Source of the DNA: Trueperaceae bacterium | GTDB lineage: Bacteria > Deinococcota > Deinococci > Deinococcales > Trueperaceae | DNA: 64,000 bases | Reading direction: 5' to 3' | Assembly (NCBI GenBank): GCA_965214405.1 | Contig: OZ243956.1 | Span: forward strand, 224,001 to 288,000 | In this document: piece after piece, positions 38,328 through 49,229 of the stretch | How the letters are laid out: every line of letters begins with the position of its first letter | Position numbering within the stretch: position 1 is the stretch's first letter | Notes under the pieces: model-generated | What the model was told of the DNA's origin: nothing | Databases searched by the model: none | The model's input: only the letters and a program-made list of their open reading frames with translations | Translations under genes and position numbers: made by a program

Positions 38328-38591
38328 TTACCCGCCCAACCGCGCCTCGACCTCCGCCAGCGATACCGTCTCTCCCTTTTTGGCTTGTGTGACGCTCTCC
38401 CGGAGCTTGGCGGCAAAGGCTGCGTCTGAAAGGATGTCTACGGTTTCCAAAAGGCTCTCGAAAGCCTCAAAACTCATCGCCGCCATCACCGGCTCTCCGC
38501 GCTTGGTGATGATAATGCTGTCCTCTTCAAGTTCATCGGGTAAATCTAAAAAGCTTTTTCTCGCTTCTGTGATGTTTAAGAATTTGGGCAT
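38328..38591 (-). CDS. Phd/YefM antitoxin (orphan)
   Basis: [27 protein letters not shown]. Confidence 0.88.
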   Translation of the reverse strand: MPKFLNITEARKSFLDLPDELEEDSIIITKRGEPVMAAMSFEAFESLLETVDILSDAAFAAKLRESVTQAKKGETVSLAEVEARLGG

Positions 38592-38668
38592 GGTTTAGTG
38601 TGAACGAAACCGTTATAAAGCCCAAACAAGGCTACAATGGGGGCCACAAAGGCGTGCGAGGAGGCGTT

Positions 38669-38938
38669 ATGAAGCGCGTGGGTGTGCGTGAATTCAAGGA
38701 CAAAGCAACCGCCCTTATAGACGAGGAAAAGGGGTTGGTGATTGAAAAGCACGGCAAGCCCGTGGGCTTTTACATCCCGATTCCCCAAAAAGACAAGGCG
38801 AAAGCGGAAGAGGCGGTGAGGAGGCTCGAGGGGACGATCGAGCGTATTTTGGAGCGTACGGGTATGACCCGTGAAGAGTTGGTTGAATTCTTTACTGAGG
38901 ACTGGGAGGAAAGCGTACGCAGTGCGCCTCGTGATTGA
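38669..38938 (+). CDS. Phd-like antitoxin
   Basis: MKRVGVREFK..LVIEKHGKPVG; GGAGG RBS. Confidence 0.82.
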   Translation: MKRVGVREFKDKATALIDEEKGLVIEKHGKPVGFYIPIPQKDKAKAEEAVRRLEGTIERILERTGMTREELVEFFTEDWEESVRSAPRD

Positions 38939-39353
38939 CGCGAGCACGTTGGTTGGTGAGTTGCTGCGTGAACGCGGCAAGGCGCTCATCCGCAACCCTA
39001 AGCTCGAGCTGTTTATCGCAGAGCCCACCTGGAGCGAGATGCGCCACGAACTCCTCCGGCGTCAGCAGCTTTTAGTACGGCGTGGTAGTGTCTCGCCGGA
39101 ACTTGCAGCCGCTCTCATTCAAGAGGGCTTCAAGGTGGCTGAAGATGCGCTCTCGGTCATACCCGGTGCGTGGCTGGAGCCATTTCGAACGGAGGCGCTT
39201 GGACGCATCCCGCAAGACCCCGACGACTGGCCGAGCGTCGCGCTCGCTCTTGCGCTCGAGGCGGGCATCTGGACTGAGGATCGCGATTTCTTCGGCTCCG
39301 GCCTCGCCACCTGGCGCACACCTGTTTTGCAGGTCGTCTTAGAGGCTCAGTAA
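38922..39353 (+). CDS. PIN domain toxin
   Basis: LVIDAS, DPDDWPSVALAL, IWTEDRDF. Confidence 0.88.
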   Translation: MRLVIDASTLVGELLRERGKALIRNPKLELFIAEPTWSEMRHELLRRQQLLVRRGSVSPELAAALIQEGFKVAEDALSVIPGAWLEPFRTEALGRIPQDPDDWPSVALALALEAGIWTEDRDFFGSGLATWRTPVLQVVLEAQ

Positions 39354-39434
39354 GCTGAGGGGGAGATTCTGGGGCGCATCCCCGAGTCTCAAGAAACCTT
39401 TACGTCCTCCCCGAACTTTGTTACACTCCTCTAA

Positions 39435-39533
39435 GCCCCGTCGGCTCAGCGCGGTGGCGACCCTCGAATCTGGTCAGGTCGAAAGAAGCAGCCATAAGGG
39501 GTGATCGTCAGGTGCCGCTGATTACCGGCGGGG
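39435..39533 (+). ncRNA. ffs: Signal recognition particle RNA (small bacterial SRP)
   Basis: Domain IV GTCAGGTC-GAAA-GAAGCAGC, paired ends CCCCGTCGG/CCGGCGGGG, U-tract, TACACT -10 upstream. Confidence 0.9.
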
Positions 39534-39677
39534 TTTTTTGCTGGAAATCAGTTACAAAACGTCAGTTACAACTTGATGGGTTGGTATACGCCCTGATTTG
39601 CGCTTCCGTTACCCAGCGGGCGCCAAAGCGTTTCGCCTAAAAGCAAAGGTTTTTTATCCCGCGCTATAGAAACGCAA

Positions 39678-39702
39678 AACTCGAGCTTTGGGGGCTCGAG
39701 TT
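39678..39702 (-). terminator. Terminator after rplQ
   Basis: AACTCGAGC/GCTCGAGTT stem built from two CTCGAG sites. Confidence 0.6.
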
Positions 39703-39740
39703 CCTTTGTCTGGGTGTACTCAACTTGTTTAGCGCAAAAT

Positions 39741-40103
39741 TTAAGACTGGTAATCCACCAGCTCGATAAGCGCCTCTTGCGTGCCGTCGCCGCGGCGGGT
39801 GCCTAAGCGGTAGATGCGGGTGTAGCCGCCTTTGCGCTCAGCAAAGCGCGGGGCAATGTCGTCCATGAGCGAGCGCACGACGTCGAGGTCGTGAATGTCG
39901 CGCAGGACCAAGCGGCGCGCGTGCAAGTCGCCGCCGCGCGCGGTGGTGATGAGTTTTTCAACGAAGGGCTGGAGGTTCTTAGCCTTGACCAGCGTAGTCT
40001 TGATGCGACCGTGGCGCAGCAGCGCAGTGGCCTGGCTCCGCGCCAGCGCGATGCGGTGCGAAGAGTTGCGGTTGAGTTTGCGTCCGCTCGAGAGGTGTCT
40101 CAT
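39741..40103 (-). CDS. rplQ: 50S ribosomal protein L17
   Basis: MRH..SGRKLNR, GGYTRI. Confidence 0.97.
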   Translation of the reverse strand: MRHLSSGRKLNRNSSHRIALARSQATALLRHGRIKTTLVKAKNLQPFVEKLITTARGGDLHARRLVLRDIHDLDVVRSLMDDIAPRFAERKGGYTRIYRLGTRRGDGTQEALIELVDYQS

Positions 40104-40229
40104 GGGGCTCCTTTATAGGGGGTATCATCCCGTTTGCTAAAAACTCAGTTTAGATTTATGGCCTATTATTGAGGCTAGGAAGATGATATCCCCGTCCGGC
40201 CAATTTTGTACGAAGGCCGCTAAAATCCT

Positions 40230-41171
40230 CTAGTCTTTTAAGCTCAGGCCGCTCGCCTCGAGCCGCTCTTTGATCTCTTCAAGTGACTTGTCGCCGACGC
40301 CGCCCACTTTTTTGAGGTCGCGTTCGGAAAGCGCCAGGAGCGCGTTGACCGAGTCGATGCCTTCTTCTTGCAGGGAGTGAAGCACGCGGCTCGAGAGTTC
40401 CAACGAATCCAGGCTCATCTGCACGCCCTCCGCGCCGGTCGCCACGGGCTCGGGCTGCTGCACCGTGTTGGGCAGCGTGACGACGGGCGTCTCGACTTCG
40501 GACATCGTTTCGGTGCTAAAGACGATGAGCTGGCTCCGCATGATTTCGACCGCGTTTTCCAGTGCCTCGCGCGGACCCGTAGAGCCGTCCGTCCAGACGC
40601 GCAGGACGAGCCTATCCAAATCGGTTTTTTGACCCACGCGCGTGTCTTCGACGCGGTAGGCCACGCGGCGCACGGGGGTAAACACGGCGTCCACGGGGAT
40701 CGAGTTGATGCGGTCTTTTGTCGCGTGAACTTCTGCTGGCACGTAGCCGACGCCGGGCTCGACGCGCACCTCCATCACCAGCTTGCCGCCTTCGGCGAGC
40801 GTGGCGATGTGGAGTTCGGGGTTAACCACCTCGGCGTTGGCGGGCACTTCAAAACTACCCGCGGTCACCTCGCCCGCCTTTTCGGCGCGCAGCGTCAGGG
40901 TGACGGGCTCGCTGTCGTGAAGTTTGACGACCAACTCTTTGAGGTTGAGGATCATCTGCATGACGTCCTCTTTTACCCCGTCGATGGTCGAAAACTCGTG
41001 CAGCACGTCCTCGATATACACGCTCGTGACCGCGGTGCCGGTAATAGACGACAGCAGGATGCGGCGCAGCGGGTTGCCTAAGGTAACCCCGTAACCGCGC
41101 GGCAGCGGCTCGACGATGAATTCGCCGTACTTATCTGTGACGTTGGCTCTAAATTCGGGTACGATTTGCAC
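40230..41171 (-). CDS. rpoA: RNA polymerase alpha subunit
   Basis: EPLPRGYGVTLGNPLRRILLSS, VLHEFSTI. Confidence 0.98.
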   Translation of the reverse strand: MQIVPEFRANVTDKYGEFIVEPLPRGYGVTLGNPLRRILLSSITGTAVTSVYIEDVLHEFSTIDGVKEDVMQMILNLKELVVKLHDSEPVTLTLRAEKAGEVTAGSFEVPANAEVVNPELHIATLAEGGKLVMEVRVEPGVGYVPAEVHATKDRINSIPVDAVFTPVRRVAYRVEDTRVGQKTDLDRLVLRVWTDGSTGPREALENAVEIMRSQLIVFSTETMSEVETPVVTLPNTVQQPEPVATGAEGVQMSLDSLELSSRVLHSLQEEGIDSVNALLALSERDLKKVGGVGDKSLEEIKERLEASGLSLKD

Positions 41172-41271
41172 CTTTTATCTCCTTACACTTCCTTCAAGAC
41201 AAGGTTAAAGAGAAGAGGTTAGAGGAAGTTTGGCCTTCCCTCGAACTCCTCTCTTTTCACTCGCTTCTTGC

Positions 41272-41901
41272 TTACCTCGAGTAATACTCGATAACTTGCA
41301 GTTCGTTAACGGGTACGACCAAGTCTTCTCGAGCGGGCGGGCGCAAAAAGCGGCCCTTGAGCGCTTCGGCGTCGAACTCGAGCCAAGGACCCAATTTGCG
41401 GCGGCGGGTCGCCTCGACGTTTTGGCGGATGAGGCCAAAGCTCCTGGCGCTCGGGTGAACCGCGACCTCGTCACCCGCGTTGACTTCGTAGCTCGGGATG
41501 TCCATGCGCCGACCGTTCACGCTGATGTGGCCCTGGTTAATAAACTGCCGCGCCTGCGCGCGCGACGACGCGAGGCCCAAGCGGTACACCACGCTGTCCA
41601 AACGGCTCTCCAGGAGCGCTAAAAACACGCCGCCGGTCGCCCCTTCTTGTTTAACCGCTTCATCAAAAAGATTGCGGAACTGCTTTTCGTTCATGCCGTA
41701 AAAGCGGCGGAGCTTTTGCTTTTCGCGCAGGCGCACCCCGTAGTCCGAGGGCTTGCGCGAGCGGCGCTGGCCGTGCTGGCCGGGCGGGTAGGGGCGCTTT
41801 TCGATGGCGCACTTCGCGCTGTAGCAACGGTCGCCCTTGAGGTAAAGCTTGGTGCCCTCGCGGCGACAGAGTTTGCAAACGGGTCCGGTATAACGTGCCA
41901 T
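41272..41901 (-). CDS. rpsD: 30S ribosomal protein S4
   Basis: MARYTGPVCKLCRREG, LESRLD. Confidence 0.98.
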   Translation of the reverse strand: MARYTGPVCKLCRREGTKLYLKGDRCYSAKCAIEKRPYPPGQHGQRRSRKPSDYGVRLREKQKLRRFYGMNEKQFRNLFDEAVKQEGATGGVFLALLESRLDSVVYRLGLASSRAQARQFINQGHISVNGRRMDIPSYEVNAGDEVAVHPSARSFGLIRQNVEATRRRKLGPWLEFDAEALKGRFLRPPAREDLVVPVNELQVIEYYSR

Positions 41902-41909
41902 AAACTCCT

Positions 41910-42314
41910 CTAACTGTTTCTCTGGCGCTTGCGCAGGCGGCAGCCGTTGTGGGGCACGGGGGTATCGTCGATAATCGAGCGGACGTTGACGCCCGTCGAC
42001 TGGATCGAGCGGATCGCCTGCTCACGGCCCGAGCCCGTCCCGCGGATGACGATATCGACCTGAGAGAGGCCCATATTTTGCGCCTTGCGCGTCGCGTCGG
42101 CGGCGGCGAGCTGAGCGGCGTAGGGCGTGCCCTTTTTCGAGCCCTTGTAGCCGATGCTGCCCGAGCTCGACCAGGCGACGGTGTTCCCGGCCATGTCGGT
42201 AATGGTGATGATCGTGTTGTTGTAAGACGCGTGGATAAAGGCTCTGCCCTCGGCCAAGTTGCGCCTGACGCGTTTTCTGGTTCTGGTGGCTGTTTTACCC
42301 GCAGGTTTTGCCAT
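41910..42314 (-). CDS. rpsK: 30S ribosomal protein S11
   Basis: [21 protein letters not shown]. Confidence 0.98.
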   Translation of the reverse strand: MAKPAGKTATRTRKRVRRNLAEGRAFIHASYNNTIITITDMAGNTVAWSSSGSIGYKGSKKGTPYAAQLAAADATRKAQNMGLSQVDIVIRGTGSGREQAIRSIQSTGVNVRSIIDDTPVPHNGCRLRKRQRNS

Positions 42315-42324
42315 GACTCAACTC

Positions 42325-42708
42325 CTACTTCTTGGCGGGGGCTTTTTTCTTGCCCGCGACCGTGCGACGTGGACCCTTACGGGTTCTGGCGTTGGTTTTG
42401 CTCGACTGACCGCGCACGGGCAGCCCGCGGCGGTGGCGCAAGCCCCGGTAGGAGCCGATGTCCATCAGGCGCTTGATGTTGAGCTGAATCTCGCGGCGCA
42501 AGTCGCCCTCAACCTTGAACTCGCGCTCGATAATCTCGCGGATTCTCAAAACTTCGTTTTCGGCCAAGTCCTTGACGCGCGTGTCCGGGTCGACTTCGGC
42601 TTTTGCCAAGACGTCTTGCGAACGGCTCAGGCCGACGCCGTAGATGTACGGGAGCGCGTGCTCGACGCGTTTTTCTCGAGGAAGGTCTACCCCTGCAATG
42701 CGCGCCAT
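42325..42708 (-). CDS. rpsM: 30S ribosomal protein S13
   Basis: [21 protein letters not shown]. Confidence 0.98.
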   Translation of the reverse strand: MARIAGVDLPREKRVEHALPYIYGVGLSRSQDVLAKAEVDPDTRVKDLAENEVLRIREIIEREFKVEGDLRREIQLNIKRLMDIGSYRGLRHRRGLPVRGQSSKTNARTRKGPRRTVAGKKKAPAKK

Positions 42709-42865
42709 TCTACGCTCCTCTCCTGTTTAGAACCTGATTCATGATTGTCCCTTCGTTCTTTTGCTCTTGTTCATGCTTGCTAAATACGCCTGACACGGCC
42801 ATAAAATTACAAAGACAAGTCTGACGCCCGGTAAGTCCGAACGCCGCGAGCCCTGACTTTATCTT

Positions 42866-42982
42866 TTAACCCTGCCTCTGCTTATGTTTGGGGTTTACCG
42901 AGCAAATGACAAAAACCCTGCCGTGACGGCGGATGATCTTGCACTTGTCGCACATGGGTTTGACGGACGCACGTACTTTCAC
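42866..42982 (-). CDS. rpmJ: 50S ribosomal protein L36
   Basis: [14 protein letters not shown]...HKQRQG; GTG start. Confidence 0.97.
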   Translation of the reverse strand: MKVRASVKPMCDKCKIIRRHGRVFVICSVNPKHKQRQG

Positions 42983-43179
42983 GCTTTTCTCCCTTTCTCC
43001 TTTGTTCGTCGGCCCGCTCGAGCCTGCTGTTAAGGTCGCACTCTGACATTCAAACTTCTGTGAAGCCGGGTTTGGGTGAATATCCCAAGGTAACGTGTTG
43101 CGGCCCCACACCGCTCGTCTTCCAAATCCCCATTATAGGGCAAAAACTCATCATCTTGCCTCTGCGGCCTTACTTCGGA

Positions 43180-43455
43180 CTACTTTCTGTAAACAATACG
43201 ACCCTTTTCGGGGTCATACGTGCTGATTTCCAGAACAACCCGGTCGCCCGGTAGGATGCGGATATAGTGCCTTCGCATCTTGCCGCCGACGTGGGCCAAA
43301 ATTTCGGGACCCGCGTCTAGCTGCACCATGAAGGTGGTGTTGGGCCGGGCTTCCAGCACGACGCCTTCGGTGCGGATGGTGTCTTGGGTGGTCTCTTCCG
43401 GACGCTCGGCGGGCGTCCGGGGCGGACGTTTATTCTTTGATCCTCTACGCGCCAT
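43180..43455 (-). CDS. infA: Translation initiation factor IF-1
   Basis: [22 protein letters not shown]. Confidence 0.97.
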   Translation of the reverse strand: MARRGSKNKRPPRTPAERPEETTQDTIRTEGVVLEARPNTTFMVQLDAGPEILAHVGGKMRRHYIRILPGDRVVLEISTYDPEKGRIVYRK

Positions 43456-44281
43456 AAACTCCTTTCTCTGCCAAAACGCGCTGGGGAGGCTTGTCCCCGG
43501 CAGTTAATCCCGCTGAATCTCCCGCGGTGAGTACGCGCGGGCCGTCCTTGGTGATGGCGACGGTATGTTCGAAATGGGCGGCCAGACTCCCGTTGGCGGT
43601 CGGGGCCGTCCAGCCGTCGTCTAAAATAACGACCTTGGTGCGCTTTTCGGCCACCATCGGTTCGATGGCGAGCACCAGACCAGGGCGTAAAACGGGACCC
43701 TTACCGGCGCGACCGTAGTTGGGCACTTCGGGGGCCTCGTGGTAGTCGCGGCCGATGCCGTGCCCGACGAACTCCCTGATGATCCAAAAGCCCGCGCCTT
43801 CGACGACGCTTTGGATAGCCGCCGAAACGTCGCCCAAACGGTTGCCCGCCCTGGCGGCGTCGATACCCGCCGCCAGCGCCTCTTCTGTAACGGCCAAGAG
43901 TTTTTGCGCGGCGGCGGAAATTGCGCCGACAGCGTACGTGCGGGCCATGTCCGCCACGTACCCCTTATAGGTGGTGCCGACGTCAATCGTGACGATATCA
44001 CCCGAGCGCAGCGGGCGCGCATTGGGGATGCCGTGGACGACGACTTCATTGACCGAGGTGCAGAGGGCGGCGGGAAAATCGCTATAACCTTTTTTAGAGT
44101 TGGGATAACCCTTGTTAACGGGCCTTCCGCCCCTGGATAGGATAACATCTTCGGCAATCCTGTTCAACTCGGTGGTGCTGACGCCCGGGGCCACGGCTCG
44201 AGCCGCCGCCCCCAAGGCCTCACGGTTGATGGCCGCCGCCTCGGCCATGACGTCGAGTTCCGCGGCGCGCTTGAGGATCAT
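43445..44281 (-). CDS. map: Methionine aminopeptidase
   Basis: [27 protein letters not shown]. Confidence 0.96.
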   Translation of the reverse strand: MILKRAAELDVMAEAAAINREALGAAARAVAPGVSTTELNRIAEDVILSRGGRPVNKGYPNSKKGYSDFPAALCTSVNEVVVHGIPNARPLRSGDIVTIDVGTTYKGYVADMARTYAVGAISAAAQKLLAVTEEALAAGIDAARAGNRLGDVSAAIQSVVEGAGFWIIREFVGHGIGRDYHEAPEVPNYGRAGKGPVLRPGLVLAIEPMVAEKRTKVVILDDGWTAPTANGSLAAHFEHTVAITKDGPRVLTAGDSAGLTAGDKPPQRVLAEKGVYGA

Positions 44282-44288
44282 GAAAGAG

Positions 44289-44855
44289 TCACGGCAAGAC
44301 CTCGGAGATGCGCGCGAACACCTCTTCGACGCTGCCCTCGCCGTCCACGCGGCGCAGCTTGCCGCGCGCCTCGTAATAGTCCACCAGGGGCTGAGTTTGT
44401 TCCCCGTAAAGCGCCATGCGCCTGCGAATCGTTGTGTCGTTATCGTCTACGCGTCCTTCTTCCCGCGCGCGCTTGAGGAGGCGCCCTGCAAGTTCGTTGG
44501 CGTCAACCTCGAGCAGCACCGCCGCGGTCATGGCGGCGTCAAGCTCGGCCAAAAGCGCGTCTAGCGCCCCCGCCTGCACGTTGGTGCGAGGAAACCCGTC
44601 GAACAGCACGCGCACCTCCTCGCCGTTTAGCGCGTCACGCACCATCGACACGATGAGCTCGTCCGGAACGTACTCGCCCGCTTCCATGATGCTGCGGGCG
44701 CGCTCGCCCAAAGGCGTGTTGCGCTTCACGTGGTCGCGCAGCATATCGCCGGTCGAGAGCTTGGTTAGGGAACGCGCGCGCGCCAATTTTTCGGACTGCG
44801 TTCCCTTGCCCGCCCCCGGCGGACCCATGAGTAGCAGCACTTCCTGATGATGCAC
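44289..44855 (-). CDS. adk: Adenylate kinase (short-LID type)
   Basis: GPPGAGKGTQ, STGDMLR, FDGFPR; GTG start overlapping the secY stop. Confidence 0.96.
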   Translation of the reverse strand: MHHQEVLLLMGPPGAGKGTQSEKLARARSLTKLSTGDMLRDHVKRNTPLGERARSIMEAGEYVPDELIVSMVRDALNGEEVRVLFDGFPRTNVQAGALDALLAELDAAMTAAVLLEVDANELAGRLLKRAREEGRVDDNDTTIRRRMALYGEQTQPLVDYYEARGKLRRVDGEGSVEEVFARISEVLP

Positions 44856-46174
44856 TAAAAGCGCCTTCCGCGACCCCGAATGCGCCCTTTGGTCACAAAA
44901 CCGTCGTAGTGACGCATGACGAGTTGCGATTCCATCTGCCGCAGCGTGTCGAGCGACACCCCCACGACGATGAGCAAGCCGATACCCGAGAACGCCAGCG
45001 CCAACGTGCCCACCCCGGTCATCCAGGCCAGAACCTGCGGCAGCGCGTTGACGACCCCCAGAAAGAGCGCACCCCACAGCGTGATGCGGTTGGTGATGCG
45101 GGTTAAGTGGTCGGTGGTCGGTTGCCCGGGGCGCACGCCCGGCACAAAGCCGCCGTACTCGCGCAAGTTTTCGGAAATGCGGCGCGGGTCGAACGAGATT
45201 TGGGTGTAGAAGTAGGTAAAAAGCACGATCAAAACCGTGCTGGTGATCAGCCCCTGCCACCGGCTAGGCGTAAACCAGTAGCCGACGGATTGCACCCACG
45301 CCACCTCGGGAAAGCCCGCGATGATGGTACTCGGCAGGATAATAATCGAGACCGCGAAGATGACGGGGATCACGCCCGCCGCGTTTAAGCGTAGCGGGAT
45401 GTAGGTGCTTTGGCCGCCCATGACCCTGCGCCCCACGACCTTTCGCGCGTACTGGACCGGGATGCGGCGCTCAGCCTGCTGCACCAACACCATCCCTGCG
45501 ATAGCGAAAATGAGCAGCGCAAAGAAGATGATGAGGCCGAAGATGTTGGACTCGCCCGTGCCGACGAGCGCGAGGCTTCCACCGATGGCGGTCGGGAAGG
45601 CGGCCACAATCCCGGCGTAGATAATAAGCGAGATGCCGTTGCCGATGCCGTACTCGGAAATCTTCTCGCCGAGCCACATGACCAACGTAACCCCGGCAAT
45701 CTGTGTGACCATCACGGTAAACCAGAAGAAGGGTCCGTTGCTCCAGCCAATCTTGAGCGCGCCGGAGGGACCCAGCAACGCAACGGCCAAAAAGAGACCC
45801 TGAATAGCGCCCAGGGCCGTCGCCGCCCAACGCGTGTACTGGGTGATCTTGCGCCGCCCCTCCTCGCCCTCTTTTTGCAGCTTTTCTAGGGGCGGATAAA
45901 CGGACGTCAGGAGCTGAAAAATGATGCTCGCGGTGATGTATGGAATCACGCCCAGCGCAAACACCGAGAACTGCTCGAAGTTGCCGCCCGTGATAAAGCC
46001 CAGGAGCTGAAACACGCCGCCCTGACCCGTAAGCTGCGCGCGCAGAGCGTCAATGTCGAGACCCGGCGTGGGGATAAAAACGCCCAGCCGGTAGACCGCC
46101 AGGAGCCCCACCGTGATGAGCAGCTTGTTACGCAGGTCGGGGATGACGAGCGCGTTGCGAAACGCGGCTAACAT
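44855..46174 (-). CDS. secY: Preprotein translocase SecY
   Basis: FALGVIPYITASII, GIGNGISLII, AGVIPVIFA. Confidence 0.98.
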   Translation of the reverse strand: MLAAFRNALVIPDLRNKLLITVGLLAVYRLGVFIPTPGLDIDALRAQLTGQGGVFQLLGFITGGNFEQFSVFALGVIPYITASIIFQLLTSVYPPLEKLQKEGEEGRRKITQYTRWAATALGAIQGLFLAVALLGPSGALKIGWSNGPFFWFTVMVTQIAGVTLVMWLGEKISEYGIGNGISLIIYAGIVAAFPTAIGGSLALVGTGESNIFGLIIFFALLIFAIAGMVLVQQAERRIPVQYARKVVGRRVMGGQSTYIPLRLNAAGVIPVIFAVSIIILPSTIIAGFPEVAWVQSVGYWFTPSRWQGLITSTVLIVLFTYFYTQISFDPRRISENLREYGGFVPGVRPGQPTTDHLTRITNRITLWGALFLGVVNALPQVLAWMTGVGTLALAFSGIGLLIVVGVSLDTLRQMESQLVMRHYDGFVTKGRIRGRGRRF

Positions 46175-47022
46175 CAGCCGCGCTCCTCGTCCTGCTGGGC
46201 GTCTTGAAGCGCGTTGCGGGGGGTGTCGTCTTGTGAATCCCGAGCCGTGTCCGCCACCGCGTCTTGTAATGCGTCTTGCGAGATGTCTTGTGAGGTGTCT
46301 TGTGACGTGCCGGGTACGGTTTCTTGGATGGTGCTAATCGGCGGCGTTTCCTCGCCAGTCTCAGTTTCTATGGTGCCCTGTGGGGTGACTCGAGCCGTAC
46401 TCTGCGACTCGCTCTGGTCCACCTCCGGCGCGGCGTCCGGCGTCATAGTCTGCTCAGAGGTTCCAACCGGCTGGACAACATTTTGGGTGTTGAAGTCTTG
46501 GGTGTTGAAGTCTTGGGTGCCGGTCTCCTGATTACCGATATTTTGCGTACCAGCATCCTGGCTGCCCGCTTCCCCTTCAGCCTCCGCGCCCTCGACGCTG
46601 CCGCCCGCCGCTCTCACGGCTTTTGCGGCGCTGCGGCTGTAGGCGTCTAAGATGACGACTAAGTTGCGGACCTCGAGCGCCCCGTCACCCAAAAGCTTGA
46701 CGGGCCTGTCAACGTGGCGCACCAGGCCCACAGCGTTAAGCGTCTCCGCGTTGACGGTGTCCCCTTCGCCGAAAGAGTTGAGGTCGCGCAGGTTGACGAG
46801 TTGGTAGCCTTCAGAAGCGTGGTTAAAGCCGCGCTTGGGCAGGCGGGCAACGAGCTTCGAGCGTCCTCCCTCCCAGCCCGAGCCTTGCGAAAAGCCGCTC
46901 CGGCTTTTCTGGCCCTTTTGACCCCGACCGGCGGTCTTGCCGCGACCGCTGCCGAGACCGCGCCCGACCCGGCGGCGGTTCTTTTTGGCCCCCTCGGCGG
47001 GTTTCAAGTCATTGAGTTTCAT
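46174..47022 (-). CDS. rplO: 50S ribosomal protein L15 with a ~135-aa acidic C-terminal extension
   Basis: [26 protein letters not shown] followed by a Q/T/D-rich tail. Confidence 0.95.
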   Translation of the reverse strand: MKLNDLKPAEGAKKNRRRVGRGLGSGRGKTAGRGQKGQKSRSGFSQGSGWEGGRSKLVARLPKRGFNHASEGYQLVNLRDLNSFGEGDTVNAETLNAVGLVRHVDRPVKLLGDGALEVRNLVVILDAYSRSAAKAVRAAGGSVEGAEAEGEAGSQDAGTQNIGNQETGTQDFNTQDFNTQNVVQPVGTSEQTMTPDAAPEVDQSESQSTARVTPQGTIETETGEETPPISTIQETVPGTSQDTSQDISQDALQDAVADTARDSQDDTPRNALQDAQQDEERG

Positions 47023-47192
47023 CTTTCCCCTTCAATCTCTAACAAGTAGGCGACTTTGTCCACCATGCCGCGCACGTCGGGCGTGGTTTTGAGCTCGCGG
47101 GTCTGACCGCGCTTCGTAAAACCCAGGGCGTGCAAGGTCGCGCGCTGCTCTTTTTTAACGCCGATGAAGCTACGAACGAGTGTGGCCCTCAT
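47019..47192 (-). CDS. rpmD: 50S ribosomal protein L30
   Basis: [21 protein letters not shown]; position in spc operon. Confidence 0.93.
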   Translation of the reverse strand: MRATLVRSFIGVKKEQRATLHALGFTKRGQTRELKTTPDVRGMVDKVAYLLEIEGER

Positions 47193-47220
47193 GAGGCCAC
47201 CCCCTTCAATATAGTGGCTT

Positions 47221-47694
47221 TCATTTGGCCACCTCCCGCTCGCGCTGCGCCTCCTCAAAGGTCTTGAGTTGCTTGAGGCCATCAATCACCGCGTAGGCGA
47301 CGTTGGTCTGGTTACGAGAGCCCAACTCTTTGGTGAGCAGGTTACGCAGGCCCGCCAACTCGGCGATCGCCCTGGGCACGCTGCCCGCGATAACGCCCGT
47401 GCCCGCGCCCGCGGGTTTGAGCATCACTCTTGACGTCCCGTGTTCACCCAACACTTCGTGAGGAATGGTGCCGGGTTCTTCGATAGGCACTTCGACCAAG
47501 TTACGCCGCGCGACGTACTGGCCTTTTTGCACCGCCATCGGCACTTCCTTGGCTTTACCTAGTCCCACACCGACGCGACCGTTGCGGTCGCCCACGACGA
47601 CCATCGCGCCGAAGCGGAAGCGGCGACCGCCCTGGTACGTCTTGGCGGTGCGGCGAATGAAAATTACTTTGTCTTCAAAATCGGTATCTGCCAT
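47221..47694 (-). CDS. rpsE: 30S ribosomal protein S5
   Basis: [21 protein letters not shown]. Confidence 0.98.
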   Translation of the reverse strand: MADTDFEDKVIFIRRTAKTYQGGRRFRFGAMVVVGDRNGRVGVGLGKAKEVPMAVQKGQYVARRNLVEVPIEEPGTIPHEVLGEHGTSRVMLKPAGAGTGVIAGSVPRAIAELAGLRNLLTKELGSRNQTNVAYAVIDGLKQLKTFEEAQREREVAK

Positions 47695-48041
47695 TAGAAG
47701 TCCAGGCCTCCCTCGCGCGCGCCCTCGGCGAGCGCCGCGACCCGACCGTGGTAGCGGTAGGCGCCCCGGTCGAAAACCACGCGTTTGACGCCCCTTTGGA
47801 GCGCTCTTTCGGCCACCGCCTTACCCACGGCTTTGGCCTGCTCTTTTTTATCGCCCGAAGCGCCCAGCGTCTTGCTGTTGGCCTCGGCCACGGTGCGACC
47901 CTCGTTGGGGTCGATGACTTGCACGTAGATGTGCTTGGCACTCCGGAACACGCTTAAACGCATCCTGCCGTTGTCGACGTTTGTACGGATGCGGCGTCTC
48001 GTGCGAAGCTGACGCCGCCTTTTTGTCGTCTGTACGTTCAT
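47694..48041 (-). CDS. rplR: 50S ribosomal protein L18
   Basis: RLSVFRS, VVFDRG.YRYHGRV. Confidence 0.98.
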   Translation of the reverse strand: MNVQTTKRRRQLRTRRRIRTNVDNGRMRLSVFRSAKHIYVQVIDPNEGRTVAEANSKTLGASGDKKEQAKAVGKAVAERALQRGVKRVVFDRGAYRYHGRVAALAEGAREGGLDF

Positions 48042-48099
48042 CCTATCCCTCTATCTCAGTAGGTGAAAAATTAGGTGAAATGGCTGCTTGTCTAGCTGT

Positions 48100-48639
48100 T
48101 TATCTGGCAGCAGCTTTACCGGGCTTGAGGCGGACCTGTTCGCCCGCGTAGCGGACGCCCTTGCCGTGGTACGAGTCGGGCGGACGGATGGCGCGGATGT
48201 TGGCCGCAACCTGGCCGACGAGCTGTTTGTCGATACCCGAAACGTTGATGTGCGTCGCGTCGGGCGCGTTTAGGGTGATACCCTCGGGCGGCTCGATGAC
48301 GACGGGGTGTGAGAAGCCGAGGGAGAGCTCGAGCTGCTTGCCCCGCATCGCGCAGCGGTAACCGACGCCCTGAATCTCCAAGTTACGGGTAAAGCCTTCC
48401 GTCACCCCGACGACCGCGTTTTGGATAAGGCTACGCGCGAGGCCGTGCTGCGCGCGGTCCAGACGGTTGTCCGTGGGACGCTCGACCAAGACTTCACCGT
48501 CTTCTTGCTTGACGGTCAAACGCGGATTGACGGGCACGGTTAGGGTGCCCTTGGGTCCCTTGACCGTGACTTCGGTTTTTTTCATGTTGAACTCGACGCC
48601 CTTGGGCACCGTGACGGGGGCTCTACCGACGCGCGACAT
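48100..48639 (-). CDS. rplF: 50S ribosomal protein L6
   Basis: MSRVGR, GVGYR, YHGKGVRY. Confidence 0.98.
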   Translation of the reverse strand: MSRVGRAPVTVPKGVEFNMKKTEVTVKGPKGTLTVPVNPRLTVKQEDGEVLVERPTDNRLDRAQHGLARSLIQNAVVGVTEGFTRNLEIQGVGYRCAMRGKQLELSLGFSHPVVIEPPEGITLNAPDATHINVSGIDKQLVGQVAANIRAIRPPDSYHGKGVRYAGEQVRLKPGKAAAR

Positions 48640-49034
48640 TACCACACCTCGCAGAGAACTTCGCCGCCGACGTTCTGGCGGCGCGCGTCGCGGTCAACCA
48701 TCAGCCCTTGCGAGGTCGACACGACGGAAATGCCAAGGCCGCCCCGCACCACCGGCACCGCCTTACCCTTGCTGTAGGCGCGGCGACCGGGTTTGGATAT
48801 GCGGGTGATTTCGTTAATAATCGAGGTCCGGCGCGGGCCGTACTTGAGGCCGATACGCAAAACCTTGTGACCGCCCACTTCGGCCTCAGCGACCGACTTG
48901 AGGTAGCCTTCGCGTACCAAAAGTTCCGCGAGCGACTTCTTAAACTTGCTGGCTGGCACGTCCACCGTCGCGTTGGCAATCGCCGCGGCGTTGCGGATGC
49001 GCGTCAGCATGTCAGCAATCGGGTCTGTCTGCAT
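48639..49034 (-). CDS. rpsH: 30S ribosomal protein S8
   Basis: DPIADMLTRIRN, ISKPGRR, GGEVLC. Confidence 0.98.
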   Translation of the reverse strand: MQTDPIADMLTRIRNAAAIANATVDVPASKFKKSLAELLVREGYLKSVAEAEVGGHKVLRIGLKYGPRRTSIINEITRISKPGRRAYSKGKAVPVVRGGLGISVVSTSQGLMVDRDARRQNVGGEVLCEVW

Positions 49035-49229
49035 GGTTTGCTCCTTGGAGGGCGGTATCAGCGCACGCGCGCTGACCGTACCCTCAAAAATATGGTTTCT
49101 TTGTTATGACGAGAGGTTGGGGTTGCAAAGCGGATTACAGGTCATGTTGGGCAGGGGCTGGCTCGAAAAGTGGTGAGTAGAGTAAAACCTTTGCACCCTA
49201 CTTCCCTACTCCCCATCTCCCCTACGCTC

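Noticed and set aside
43180..43455. IF-1 N-terminal extension as a novelty
   Set aside because: Extended IF-1 N-termini are, to my recollection, normal in Deinococcales.
44856..45260. Long N-terminal extension of adk in the ORF track, and many antisense ORFs across 39.7-60.4 kb
   Set aside because: They overlap secY or other ribosomal-operon genes and are typical high-GC shadow ORFs.
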